From: Acidobacteriota bacterium
Lineage (GTDB): Bacteria; Acidobacteriota; JAAYUB01
Assembly (NCBI GenBank): GCA_018001935.1
Contig: JAGNHB010000003.1
Coordinates: 120,975-184,974 of the forward strand
Reading direction: 5' to 3'
DNA: 64,000 nucleotides
Position numbers and translations under genes: made by a program
Notes under the pieces: generated by a model
Told to the model about the DNA's origin: nothing
The model's database searches: none
Seen by the model: the letters and a program-made list of their open reading frames with translations, nothing else
Shown here: in pieces, positions 10,185 through 19,297 of the stretch
How the letters are laid out: every line of letters starts with the position of its first letter
Position numbering within the stretch: the stretch's first letter is position 1

Positions 10185-11653
10185 TGGGACGGCGCACCCG
10201 GCTCCCCTCCCTCGCGGTACCCGTCCTGGGGGTGCTGCTGGGGATGCTGCAGGCCGCCTGCCTCGGGCCGAAGTACGTCCGGCCCACCGTGCCCGTCCCG
10301 GACGCCTTCCGCGGGGCGGAGACCGCCCCGGTTGAAGCGTCGGGGAAGACCTACGGCGACCTGGGCTGGGAGGAGATCTTCAAGGACGAGACCCTGCGGG
10401 GCCTGATCCGCCGGGCGCTGGAGCACAACCCCGACGCCCGGCTGGCGGCCGAGCGGATCGAGGAGGCGAGGGCCTCCCTCCGTATCACGCGGTCCGCGCA
10501 GTACCCGACGGCGTCCGGCGCCGCGGATTTCCAGGCCTGGCGGGACTCCGGCGCCACCAGCGGCGCCTATCCCGGCGCGGAGCGGACCACCTCCTCCTTC
10601 GAGTCGTACGTCCAGGCCGTGTTCGAGCTGGACTTCTGGGGCCGCCTGAGACGCTCCACCGAGGCCGCCCGGGCCCAGCTCCTGGCCACGGAGGAGGCGC
10701 GGCGGACCGTGGCGCTCGGGTTGACGGCCGAGGTGGCCACGGCCTACCTCAGCCTGCGGGAGATGGACCTGGAGCTGGAGATCTCCCGGAAGACCCTGGC
10801 ATCGCGCCTGGAGTCGCTCAAGCTGGTGAAGGCACGCCAGGAAGGCGGGGTCGCCACCCTGCTGGACGTGGACCAGGCCCAGGGGCTCGTGGACCAGGCC
10901 CGCACCACCATCGCCGGACTCGAGCGGCAGGCCGCCCAGCAGGAAAACTACCTCTGCGTCCTCCTGGGGTCGAACCCCGGGGACATCCCGCGGGGAAAAC
11001 CCGTCACGGAGCAGATGGACGCCCCGGAGGTCCCGCCGGGCCTCCCCTCCGGGCTGCTGGAGCGGCGGCCGGACATCCGGCGGGCAGAGCAGAACCTGAT
11101 CGCCGCCAACGCCGGGGTCGCGGTGGCCCGGGCCGAGTACTTCCCGAAGTTCACCCTGACGGGTTCCGCCGGCACCCTCAGCGAGGACTTCAACCACCTC
11201 TTCTCCCGCTCCAGCCTGACGTGGAGCGTCATGCCGCAGCTCACCGTTCCGGTCTTCAACGCGGGGAAGGTGAAGGCCGGCGTGAGGCAGGCGCGGTCGC
11301 GGTACCGGCAGGCGCTCATCACGTACGAGCAGACCGTCCTGCAGGCGTTCCGGGAAGTGGCTGACGCCCTAGTGGGCTACGCCAAGCAGCGGGAGTACCG
11401 CCGGCTCCAGGAGTCGGCCACCGCCACCCTCGCGGACCAGGCCCGCCTGTCGAACCTGCGGTACTCGGGGGGCGTCACCAGCTACCTGGAGGTCCTGGAT
11501 TCCGAGCGGCAGTACTTCAGCGCCCAGCTGACCCTGGCCCAGGCCGTCCGCGACGAGTTCGGGGCGCTGGTCTATCTCTACAAGGTCCTGGGCGGCGGGT
11601 GGAAGGCCGCCGCTTCCCCGGCCGGGGCGCCCGCCCCGTCGCCGGGCCCCTGA
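10184..11653 (+). CDS. Outer membrane efflux protein (NodT/OprM family, RND OMF lipoprotein)
   Basis: In ORF 8921..11653 frame (N-terminal 420 aa of that ORF is out-of-frame read-through of the MFP gene). Real start ATG 10184 (ATGA overlap with MFP stop). Lipobox LQAAC; two OEP repeats (LRITRSAQYPTASGAADFQ... / EYFPKFTLTGSAG...) and C-terminal VLGGGW typical of OprM/NodT. Confidence 0.85.
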   Translation: MGRRTRLPSLAVPVLGVLLGMLQAACLGPKYVRPTVPVPDAFRGAETAPVEASGKTYGDLGWEEIFKDETLRGLIRRALEHNPDARLAAERIEEARASLRITRSAQYPTASGAADFQAWRDSGATSGAYPGAERTTSSFESYVQAVFELDFWGRLRRSTEAARAQLLATEEARRTVALGLTAEVATAYLSLREMDLELEISRKTLASRLESLKLVKARQEGGVATLLDVDQAQGLVDQARTTIAGLERQAAQQENYLCVLLGSNPGDIPRGKPVTEQMDAPEVPPGLPSGLLERRPDIRRAEQNLIAANAGVAVARAEYFPKFTLTGSAGTLSEDFNHLFSRSSLTWSVMPQLTVPVFNAGKVKAGVRQARSRYRQALITYEQTVLQAFREVADALVGYAKQREYRRLQESATATLADQARLSNLRYSGGVTSYLEVLDSERQYFSAQLTLAQAVRDEFGALVYLYKVLGGGWKAAASPAGAPAPSPGP

Positions 11654-11686
11654 CCGTCCGCCAACGCCGTCGACCGAGGAAGAGGA

Positions 11687-14600
11687 ATGGCCAAGTTTTT
11701 CATTAACCGCCCCATCGTCGCCATGGTGATCTCCATCGTGATCGTTCTCGCGGGGGTCGTCTCCCTCGGCGGGCTCCCCGTGGCCCAGTACCCGGACATC
11801 GTGCCGCCCGAGATCCTCGTGTCGGCCTTCTTCACCGGCGCCGACTGCCAGACGCTGGAGCAGGCGGTGGCAACCCCGCTCGAGCAGCAGATCAACGGCG
11901 TGGACAACATGCTCTACGTGCGGTCCACCAATGGCAACGACGGGTCCATGGCCCTCACCGTGGACTTCGCGGTGGGCACCGACGTCAACACCGACCAGGT
12001 GCTGACGCAGAACCGGGCGTCCCAGGCCACCGCCTCCCTCCCCGAGGACGTCAAGGCCTACGGGGTGACCGTGCAGAAGTCCACGTCCACCCTCCTGTTC
12101 ATTTACTCCCTCTACTCGCCGGACAACGTCTACGACCGCCTCTTCCTCTCCAACTACGCCTACATCAACCTCAACGACGCCCTCCTGCGGGTGCCGGGGG
12201 TGAGCCAGGTGTCCGTCCTGGGGGCTTCCCCCTACGCCATGCGCGGCTGGCTCGACCCGGGGAAGCTGGCCCGGCTGAACCTCACCATCGAAGACGTCGT
12301 CTCCGCCGTCAAGGAACAGAACAACGCCAACCCCGCCGGGCAGATCGGCACCGAGCCCGCCCCGCCCGGCCAGCAGTTCACCTACAGCGTGCGGGCGCAG
12401 GGCCGGCTGGTGCAGGCGGAGGAGTTCGGCGAGGTCGTGATCCGGGCCAACCCCGACGGCTCCATGGTCCGGCTCAAGGACGTGGCGAGGCTCGAACTCG
12501 GGGCCCAGTTCTACAACACGGTGGGCCGCTACAACGGAGCGCCCGCCGCCCTCGTCGCCGTCTACCAGGCGCCGGGCTCCAACGCCCTGGAGGTGGCCGC
12601 GGGGGTCAAGCAGGCCATGGCGGACCTCGAAAAACGCTTTCCCCCCGGGCTGAAGGCCGTCCTGTCCCTGGACACCACCCTGGCGGTCAGCTCGGGTATC
12701 GAGGAGATCGTCGTCACGCTGCTGGAAGCCATGGTGCTGGTGATCCTGGTGGTCTACCTGTTCCTCCAGAGCTGGCGCGCCACCCTGATCCCCCTGCTCA
12801 CGGTGCCCGTCTCCCTGGTGGGGACCTTCATGGTCTTCCCCCTGCTGGGTTTCTCCATCAACACCCTCACCCTCTTCGGGATGGTCCTGGCCGTGGGGTT
12901 GGTGGTGGACGACGCCATCGTGGTGGTGGAGGCGGTGGAAGCCCACATGGAGCGGGGCCTCGACCGGAAGGCCGCCACGCTCAAGGCCATGGAGGAGGTC
13001 ACCTCCCCCGTCGTGGCCGTGGCGCTGATCCTGGCGGCTGTCTTCGTCCCGGTGGCCTTCATGGGCGGGATCACGGGGCGGCTCTACCAGCAGTTCGCCC
13101 TCACCATCGCCATCTCGGTGCTCATCTCCGCCTTCAACGCCCTGACCCTGAGCCCCGCCCTCTGCTCCCTCCTCCTCAAGCACCGGGGCGACAAGGGGAA
13201 AAAGAGCCTCCTGGGCCGGTTCTTCGGCGGCTTCAACCGGGTCTTCGACCGGGCGGTCGATGGCTACGTGGGGATCTCCCGCTTCCTCGTCCGCCGCACC
13301 GTGCGGACCTTCCTCCTCCTGCTGGCCATGACGGGCGGCATGCTCTTCATCGGGGCGAAGCTCCCCGGCGGCTTCGTGCCGGACGAGGACCAGGGCTACT
13401 TCTTCCTCAACGTCTCCCTTCCCGAGGCGGCCTCGCTGCAGCGCACCGACGCCCTCATGCGGAAGGTGGAGCAGGTGCTGGAGAAGACCCCCGGCATCGA
13501 GGGGTACACCACCATCAGCGGGTTCAGCCTCCTGAGCGGGGTCAGCAGCACCTTCACCGGTTTCGCCTTCGTCACCCTCAAGCCCTGGGACGATCGGAGG
13601 GGGCCGGGGGAGGACGCCAAGTCGATCCTCAACGGCCTCAACCGCAAGCTGTCGTCCCTCCCGGAGGCGATGGTGTTCGGCTTCCTCCCCGCGGCCATCC
13701 CCGGCGTCGGCAAGTCCGGCGGTTTCAGCTTCATGCTCCAGGACCGGAGCGGGGGCGACGTCAAGTTCCTGGCGGACAACGTGGACAAGTTCCTCGACGC
13801 CGCCCGGAAGCGGCCGGAGCTGGCCAACGTCAGCACCATGTTCCGGGCCGAGGTCCCGCAGCTCTACGCGGACGTGGACCGGCCCAAGTGCGCCAAGCTG
13901 GGCGTGGACGTGGGGAGCGTCTACCTGACCCTCCAGACCTTCCTGGGCGGGTGCTACGTGAACGACTTCAACCGTTTCGGGCGGCAGTGGAAGGTCTACC
14001 TCCAGGGGGCGCCCGACGACCGTGTGCGGCGGGAGGACATCGGGAAGTTCTTCGTCCGGGCGGGCGACGGGACCACCGTGCCGCTCTCGTCGGTGGTCAC
14101 CATCCGGGAGACCAACGGGCCCGAGTTCACCAACCGTTTCAACCTCTTCCGCGCCGCGGAGATCAACGGGTCCGCCGCGCCCGGCTACAGTTCCGGGCAG
14201 GCGATGAACGCCCTGGAGGAGGTGGCGAACACGGTCCTCCCCCGCGAGATGGGCTACGACTGGAGCGGCATGTCCTACCAGGAGCGGAAGGCCCCCGCCT
14301 CGGCCGGCGTCTTCGCCCTCTCCCTCGCCTTCGTTTTCCTGATCCTGGCAGCCCAGTACGAGAGCTGGTCGCTGCCCTTCAGCGTGCTTCTCGGCACGCC
14401 CGTCGCCGTGCTGGGCGCCTTCGTCGGCCTGCTGTCCCGGCGGCTCGAGAACGACGTCTTCGCCCAGGTCGGGCTCGTCATGCTGGTGGGGCTCGCCGCC
14501 AAGAACGCCATCCTCATGGTGGAGTTCTGCAAGGCGGAGCTGGAGAAGGGGCGTCCCCTCGTCGACGCCGCCCTGGCCGGCGCCCGGGCCAGGCTGCGGC

Positions 14601-14875
14601 CCATCCTCATGACCTCCTTCGCCTTCGTCCTGGGCTGCGTCCCGCTCTGGGTGGCCCAGGGCTCCGGGGCCATCTCCCGCCAGATCCTGGGGACGGTGGT
14701 CATCGCGGGGATGCTGGCCTCCACCCTCATCGGCATCTTCGTCGTTCCCGTCCTCTTCGTCCTGGTGGAGTCTTTGGCGCACCGGAGGGGGAAGGCCCCC
14801 GCGCCTCCGGCGGAACCGGGGAATCCGGTCCCCGCACCGCCGGGCGGGGAAGCGCAGTGTCCACCCGCGGAGTGA
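11687..14875 (+). CDS. RND multidrug efflux pump, inner-membrane transporter (HAE1/AcrB family)
   Basis: 1062 aa; N-terminus MAKFFINRPIVAMVISIVIVLAGVVSLGGLPVAQYPDI is the canonical AcrB start; 12 TM with two large periplasmic loops; RBS GAGGAAGAGGA. Confidence 0.95.
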   Translation: MAKFFINRPIVAMVISIVIVLAGVVSLGGLPVAQYPDIVPPEILVSAFFTGADCQTLEQAVATPLEQQINGVDNMLYVRSTNGNDGSMALTVDFAVGTDVNTDQVLTQNRASQATASLPEDVKAYGVTVQKSTSTLLFIYSLYSPDNVYDRLFLSNYAYINLNDALLRVPGVSQVSVLGASPYAMRGWLDPGKLARLNLTIEDVVSAVKEQNNANPAGQIGTEPAPPGQQFTYSVRAQGRLVQAEEFGEVVIRANPDGSMVRLKDVARLELGAQFYNTVGRYNGAPAALVAVYQAPGSNALEVAAGVKQAMADLEKRFPPGLKAVLSLDTTLAVSSGIEEIVVTLLEAMVLVILVVYLFLQSWRATLIPLLTVPVSLVGTFMVFPLLGFSINTLTLFGMVLAVGLVVDDAIVVVEAVEAHMERGLDRKAATLKAMEEVTSPVVAVALILAAVFVPVAFMGGITGRLYQQFALTIAISVLISAFNALTLSPALCSLLLKHRGDKGKKSLLGRFFGGFNRVFDRAVDGYVGISRFLVRRTVRTFLLLLAMTGGMLFIGAKLPGGFVPDEDQGYFFLNVSLPEAASLQRTDALMRKVEQVLEKTPGIEGYTTISGFSLLSGVSSTFTGFAFVTLKPWDDRRGPGEDAKSILNGLNRKLSSLPEAMVFGFLPAAIPGVGKSGGFSFMLQDRSGGDVKFLADNVDKFLDAARKRPELANVSTMFRAEVPQLYADVDRPKCAKLGVDVGSVYLTLQTFLGGCYVNDFNRFGRQWKVYLQGAPDDRVRREDIGKFFVRAGDGTTVPLSSVVTIRETNGPEFTNRFNLFRAAEINGSAAPGYSSGQAMNALEEVANTVLPREMGYDWSGMSYQERKAPASAGVFALSLAFVFLILAAQYESWSLPFSVLLGTPVAVLGAFVGLLSRRLENDVFAQVGLVMLVGLAAKNAILMVEFCKAELEKGRPLVDAALAGARARLRPILMTSFAFVLGCVPLWVAQGSGAISRQILGTVVIAGMLASTLIGIFVVPVLFVLVESLAHRRGKAPAPPAEPGNPVPAPPGGEAQCPPAE

Positions 14876-14919
14876 GCGGAGGCCCCGAGCGCAAGCCGGC
14901 GTTGATGGGCCCGCAACAA

Positions 14920-15105
14920 GTCTTTTTTGCCCGCGAATCACGCGAATGAACGCGAATCAACAACTGACGGGGCCGCAAAAAGTCGCGAAAGGGAGATTTC
15001 CCGCGAATAACACGAATAATATCTAGTAGTTTTTGAATTCTGATTCGCGTTTATTCGCGTGATTCGCGGGCAAAATGCGACTTTTTGCGGGGGTGTCAAC
15101 GTTCG
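14920..15105. repeat. Copy B (most complete) of the GATTCGCG-rich palindromic intergenic element
   Basis: Left arm CAAGTCTTTTTTGCCCGCGAATCACGCGAATGAACGCGAATCA is the reverse complement of right arm TGATTCGCGTTTATTCGCGTGATTCGCGGGCAAAATGCGACTTTTTGCGGGGG; nested IR CCGCAAAAAGTCGCG / CGCGACTTTTTGCGG; matches copies at 8611-8770 and 46395-46530. Confidence 0.75.
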
Positions 15106-15214
15106 GGGAGCCGGGATTCACGAATTCGCTTGACTCCCTGAAGCGTTTCGCCTATTTTCGCCCTTTTCAGGGGCAGCGAAAGACCGATAACCTATCCATA
15201 TTCGGGGAGGAGCC

Positions 15215-15649
15215 ATGAAACAAGGCAAAAAGTGTGACGTTCAGAATGAATGTCTTTCAACACCGGCGGATGCGATGATGGCCGTGGCCATCCTTGCCGT
15301 TTCCTCGGACGGCAAATTGGCCAAGCGGGAGATGGACGGCTTGAAGAGCATTCTGGTTTCCAGTGAGCTTTTCAGGAAAGTGGAAGACCCCGGGGAGTAC
15401 ATTCGACACATCGCCTCCAGCCTCATCGAAAAAGAGTACGACGACGTCCTGGACGCGGTGACGGCCCTGCTCTCGCCGAGTCTCCGGGAGACGGCCTATG
15501 CCTGGGCGGTATACATGGTGGCGGTTGACCGCAAGCAGGTGGGTCCGGAACACTTTTTCCTGGAAAAACTGCGAAAGAAACTGGGGATACACGTGGCCCT
15601 GGCCGGAAAAATCAAGGCGGTGGTCCCGATGTTGATCCGTACAAAATAA
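15215..15649 (+). CDS. TerB-like (tellurite-resistance TerB family / DjlA N-domain-like) protein
   Basis: 144 aa ORF in a locally lower-GC stretch; pattern AMMAVAILAVSSDGKLAKREMDGLKSIL ... ETAYAWAVYMVAVDRK resembles the paired helical TerB fold signature; RBS GGGGAGGAG upstream. Confidence 0.45.
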   Translation: MKQGKKCDVQNECLSTPADAMMAVAILAVSSDGKLAKREMDGLKSILVSSELFRKVEDPGEYIRHIASSLIEKEYDDVLDAVTALLSPSLRETAYAWAVYMVAVDRKQVGPEHFFLEKLRKKLGIHVALAGKIKAVVPMLIRTK

Positions 15650-15933
15650 CGCATTCGTCGCGCCAGGGGTGGGGGGGCCGCCCCTGGGAGTCTTCGAGAG
15701 GGCGCGCTGGGCCGGGTTTTGAAGAGAGGTCCCGGGCATCGGTGGATGGCTGAAGCCTCCGGGCCGATCTGTCGCTCCAAGCGTAATCCCTGGTTTGCCC
15801 CAAAGAGTGCAGACATCAAACGGTGGGCGCCTTGCGGAACGTCAGGGCGCCCACCGCTTTATATCCGGTTTTCTCAGACGCCCGGCCGGGGTGGTGCCGG
15901 CGGACATGGCACGCTTTCAAAATATTTTTTCGA

Positions 15934-15968
15934 GTTCATCGTTGACAAAACGGGGGTCCGGATATAAA
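15934..15968 (+). promoter_or_regulatory. Candidate sigma70-type promoter for the small secreted-protein gene
   Basis: TTGACA (15934-15939) - 16/17 nt - TATAAA/ATAAAA in an AT-rich stretch about 35 nt upstream of the start. Confidence 0.35.
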
Positions 15969-16001
15969 ACGCAGACAGATTCATCACGAATGGAGGGAAT
16001 T

Positions 16002-16532
16002 ATGAAACAGTGTGCGAGGATCCTGATCGTCGTCCTGGCGGTGTTTCTGGTTTGCCTGGCGCTCCCGGCCGACGACAAGCCGATCCAGAAGGAGTCCAAA
16101 CAATCCAAGGCCGCCATCAAGCCCCCATCGCAAGACCTGAGCAAACCGATGCCGAATTACGTGCCGGTCGTGGAGGTCTGCCCCAACGGCGGCGCGCCGG
16201 TCGCCAACGGCACCTCTTTCCTCGGGGACTACGCACTGGTGACGCTGAAAGTGGTCAACAAGGGCGCCGCGGACTGCACGCAGGCCTCCACCGTCTCCTA
16301 TGTCTTCAAGGCGGGCGGCAAGGTGATCAAATACGAGACCAAGGAGATCGCGGGCATTCCGAAGGGAGGGTCCGTGGTGGTTCTCGCGGGCCACAAGGTC
16401 CAGATCACCAAGGATGCCAACGTCCCGTTCGAGATTACGATGACGGTGGACCAAACCAAGAAAGTGATCGAGTCAAAAGAGACGGACAACTCGGTCAGCT
16501 TCAAGTGCGAGGGGCGGTACCCCCCCCGCTGA
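16002..16532 (+). CDS. Small secreted hypothetical protein (signal peptide; Cys-containing, beta-rich)
   Basis: In ORF 15795..16532 frame; ATG 16002 preceded by GGAGGGA (alternative ATG 15990); N-terminus MKQCARILIVVLAVFLVCLALPADD is a Sec signal peptide; lower GC than surroundings. Confidence 0.5.
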   Translation: MKQCARILIVVLAVFLVCLALPADDKPIQKESKQSKAAIKPPSQDLSKPMPNYVPVVEVCPNGGAPVANGTSFLGDYALVTLKVVNKGAADCTQASTVSYVFKAGGKVIKYETKEIAGIPKGGSVVVLAGHKVQITKDANVPFEITMTVDQTKKVIESKETDNSVSFKCEGRYPPR

Positions 16533-16570
16533 CCGCCGACCGTTCCTCCCAGCCCGAAAACCCTCAACCA

Positions 16571-16618
16571 GGACACCGGCCCCATGACCCGATCGGGCCG
16601 GTGTCCTCTTTTTTTTCG
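16571..16618 (+). terminator. Rho-independent terminator
   Basis: GGACACCGGCCC-(12 nt loop)-GGGCCGGTGTCC followed by TTTTTTTT, just after the stop at 16532. Confidence 0.75.
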
Positions 16619-16718
16619 GAAAGACTTTCCACGGTTCGGGCCATCTCCCGGTATAAGAAGTTGTCGGGGGAGAGCCGACGGTGACCTCCCCGCAATACGT
16701 CGCGAAGGGGAGACCGAA

Positions 16719-17342
16719 TTGCTCGAAACCTGTGCCAAGCTGCGGGCGGAGCCCCTTGATGCCGGACGCCAGGTCCCCGGCGACGGCGGTCCCGGGGAGC
16801 CTGGCCGGGCGGGTGCGACGCCGGGGACCCTGGACGACCTCATTTCCAACCACGGGAAGGCGGTGATCCGGGTGGCGCTCCGGATGCTCGGCTGCCTGGA
16901 CGAGGCCCGGAACGCCGCCCAGGAGGTTTTCCTCCGGGCCCACCGCTACGGCGCGTCGCGGGACCCCCGGCTGGACCCCGGTCCCTGGCTTTACCGCATC
17001 ACCGTGAACGTGTGCAACGAGACGCTGGGCCTCCGCCGGCGGCGGGCGGAACGCCCGCTGGCGGAGAGCGAGCGGGAGCAGCTGCGCACGCCCCCCGGGG
17101 AGGGGTCGTGCCCGGAGAGCGGGCTGCTGGAGCGGGAGCGCCGGGACATCCTGGCCCGCGCCCTCCTGACCCTCCCGGAACGGGAGCGGGCGGCGGTGAT
17201 CCTTCGGGACGTGGAGGGCCTGACCACCGCCGAGGCGGCGCGGGCCCTGGGAACCAGCGAGGCGACCGTCCGCTCCCACTCGAGCCACGGGCGGCAGCGG
17301 TTGCGCGAATACGTTCAGCGCGTTTTCGGGAGGCGATCATGA
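16719..17342 (+). CDS. ECF (group IV sigma-70 family) RNA polymerase sigma factor
   Basis: In ORF 16584..17342 frame; likely TTG start at 16719 with GGGGAG 6 nt upstream. Region 2 LISNHGKAVIRVALRMLGCLDEARNAAQEVFLRAHRY and region 4 LPERERAAVILRDVEGLTTAEAARALGTSEATVRSHSSHGRQRL. Confidence 0.8.
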   Translation: MLETCAKLRAEPLDAGRQVPGDGGPGEPGRAGATPGTLDDLISNHGKAVIRVALRMLGCLDEARNAAQEVFLRAHRYGASRDPRLDPGPWLYRITVNVCNETLGLRRRRAERPLAESEREQLRTPPGEGSCPESGLLERERRDILARALLTLPERERAAVILRDVEGLTTAEAARALGTSEATVRSHSSHGRQRLREYVQRVFGRRS

Positions 17343-18094
17343 ACTGTGGAGTCCACGAGGGGGAAATCGCCGGATTCGTTACGGGAGACCTCGAGCCCGA
17401 CCGCATGGCGGCATTCGAGCGGCACGCGGCGGGATGCGCGGCCTGCGCCGCTCAGCGGGCGGAATACGAACTCGATGTTCACGCGCTGCGCGCCTTGGGG
17501 GCCCCGGAGATCTCCGACGCCGACCTCGAAGCGCTCCGCGTGGGCGTGCACCGGGCGCTTGACCCGAAGGTTGCCGTGTTCGAGAGAAACCGACCGGCTT
17601 CCCGGGCCCGGTGGTGGCTGACTGCCGCCGCGGTGTTCGCCTTCGCGGCTTTCGGCGCCTGGCTGGTTTTCCGGCCTGGCGGGGGAGCCCTGGCGCCGTC
17701 ACGGGGCGGGAGGACGCCGGCCCCGGTGGCCGCCGCTCCCGGGGTACCATTGCCGAAGCCCGCACCGGACGTGGCCGGCCCGGTCCCGATGGCGGGGCGG
17801 CCCACCCCCGCAGAGCGAGGGGCCGACCGACGCGGGGAACCGGGCCCGACCGGGTCCCGGCCGGTCCGGGTGGACACCCGCCCCCCGACGGCTCCATCAC
17901 GTTCAGCCTCCCGGTCGCCGGGATCGCCGGGAGAGGGCGGAAGCGCCATCACACCGCCCCTTATCGTTCCCGAGACGATTCAGCCGCCGGACCTCGCCCG
18001 GACCGCCCGGGAGGAGGACACGCACATCCTGCTGGCCACGGATCGCCCGGACGTGACCATCGTCTGGGTGACGGGCTCGCCGGCGGGGTCCTGA
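17339..18094 (+). CDS. Anti-sigma factor, zf-HC2 (zinc-finger) type with one TM helix and Pro-rich periplasmic tail
   Basis: ATG 17339 overlaps sigma stop (ATGA). HAAGCAACAAQ = H-x3-C-x2-C zinc motif; TM WWLTAAAVFAFAAFGAWLVF. The listed ORF 17012..18094 includes an out-of-frame N-terminal extension. Confidence 0.7.
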   Translation: MNCGVHEGEIAGFVTGDLEPDRMAAFERHAAGCAACAAQRAEYELDVHALRALGAPEISDADLEALRVGVHRALDPKVAVFERNRPASRARWWLTAAAVFAFAAFGAWLVFRPGGGALAPSRGGRTPAPVAAAPGVPLPKPAPDVAGPVPMAGRPTPAERGADRRGEPGPTGSRPVRVDTRPPTAPSRSASRSPGSPGEGGSAITPPLIVPETIQPPDLARTAREEDTHILLATDRPDVTIVWVTGSPAGS

Positions 18095-18241
18095 CGCAGG
18101 GCCGGGCAGGTGAGGGCCCGGGAAGGAACCAAAATCGGAAGGTATCCGTCATGACGATCTTCGGTGAGCGGGCGAGGGAGCGGCTTGACGTCGCCGGTCC
18201 CGGCACCCGGTGAAACGTAAAACCAACAATGGAGGACATCC

Positions 18242-19204
18242 ATGAAAACCAAAGCGATCCGAATCCTCTTCGCCGCCGTCCTGGCGGGTTCTCTCCTGTC
18301 AACGTTCCTGTCGGCGCAGAACGCCGCGCCGCCGCCCCCGGCGAAACCCGCTGGGAAGGCCCGGCCGGCGCCCCCGACCCCGCCGGCGCCCCCGCCCGCC
18401 GCCGCCCCGCCCGCCGCCGCCGCCGCCCCGCCCGCCCCGCCGGCAGCCGCCCCGGCCCCTGTCCCCCCAGTCCAGCCGGCGGCGGCCCCCGTCGTCCCCG
18501 ACGAAGGCCCAGACTGGAAAACGCGGGTCTTCAAGGTCCGTCAGGCTGACCTGAACGACATCAAGCGCCTGCTCGGCGTTTTCCGGGCGCACCTCCTCAC
18601 CGACAACGACACCGGGGTCCTGATGGCGAAAGCCTCCCCCCAGACCCTGGACGCCATCGCCGAGACCCTGGAGACCCTGGACGTCCCGCCCCCGCTCCGG
18701 CCGGACGTGGAGTTGACGGTCTACCTGGTGGAGGCCACCGAGAAACCGGCGACCCCTGCCGCCGAGGAGACCGACGGCCTCGGGGAGGCCCTCGCCCAGG
18801 TCCGAAACGCATTCCCATACCACGGGTTCCGCGTGCTGGAGTCCATGGTGCTCCGGGGGCACACGGACGAACTGATGCGCGCGAACGGTGTGGTCCCCTA
18901 CGGCGCCGTCCGCGACGAGGAGCAGCCCCTGCACCTGGAGTACCAGTTCTCGTGCGAGCCGCGGGTCTCCAGCGACCTGAAGGGGAAGGTGATCACCCTC
19001 GACAAGATCTCCCTGGGGGTGCGCATTCCCGTGGCCGTGGGGAGGGGGGGAAACCCGCCCCGAACGGTCTACCAGGACCGGAATTCCGGCTTCAACACCT
19101 CCGTGAATCTCCGGGAGAACGCCCGGGTGATCGTGGGGAAGGCCTCCATGGACGGGACCCGGAACGCCCTTCTCCTCGTCGTCACCGGCCGGTGGGTGGA
19201 GTGA
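18242..19204 (+). CDS. Secreted protein with long Pro/Ala-rich linker and a secretin-N (NolW-like) domain
   Basis: Signal peptide MKTKAIRILFAAVLAGSLLSTFLSAQ; about 60 aa of APPPP low complexity; FKVRQADLNDIKRLLGVF...LTDNDTGVLMAKASPQTLDAIAETLETLD resembles the N0/N1 secretin_N fold signature of GspD/PilQ N-termini; no secretin C-domain. Confidence 0.5.
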   Translation: MKTKAIRILFAAVLAGSLLSTFLSAQNAAPPPPAKPAGKARPAPPTPPAPPPAAAPPAAAAAPPAPPAAAPAPVPPVQPAAAPVVPDEGPDWKTRVFKVRQADLNDIKRLLGVFRAHLLTDNDTGVLMAKASPQTLDAIAETLETLDVPPPLRPDVELTVYLVEATEKPATPAAEETDGLGEALAQVRNAFPYHGFRVLESMVLRGHTDELMRANGVVPYGAVRDEEQPLHLEYQFSCEPRVSSDLKGKVITLDKISLGVRIPVAVGRGGNPPRTVYQDRNSGFNTSVNLRENARVIVGKASMDGTRNALLLVVTGRWVE

Positions 19205-19297
19205 GGGATCCGGCCTCCCGCCGGAGGGCGGACGGAGCGCGTACTCCGTCTGTTCGTCTCGCGGGACCGAATCCGGTCCCGCGAAGGCGCAACGCTC

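Noticed and set aside
8921-11653. 910-aa plus ORF
   Set aside because: The N-terminal ~420 aa is out-of-frame read-through across the MFP gene (Arg/Gly/Pro-rich junk). Only the C-terminal 489 aa from ATG 10184 is a real gene (outer membrane factor).
11369-14941. 1190-aa minus ORF antisense to the RND pump
   Set aside because: Antisense shadow ORF in GC-rich DNA; the sense strand encodes an unmistakable AcrB-family protein.
17012-18094. 360-aa ORF overlapping the ECF sigma gene
   Set aside because: Only the part from ATG 17339 (ATGA overlap with the sigma stop; zf-HC2 motif follows) is genic; the upstream portion is the sigma gene read out of frame.
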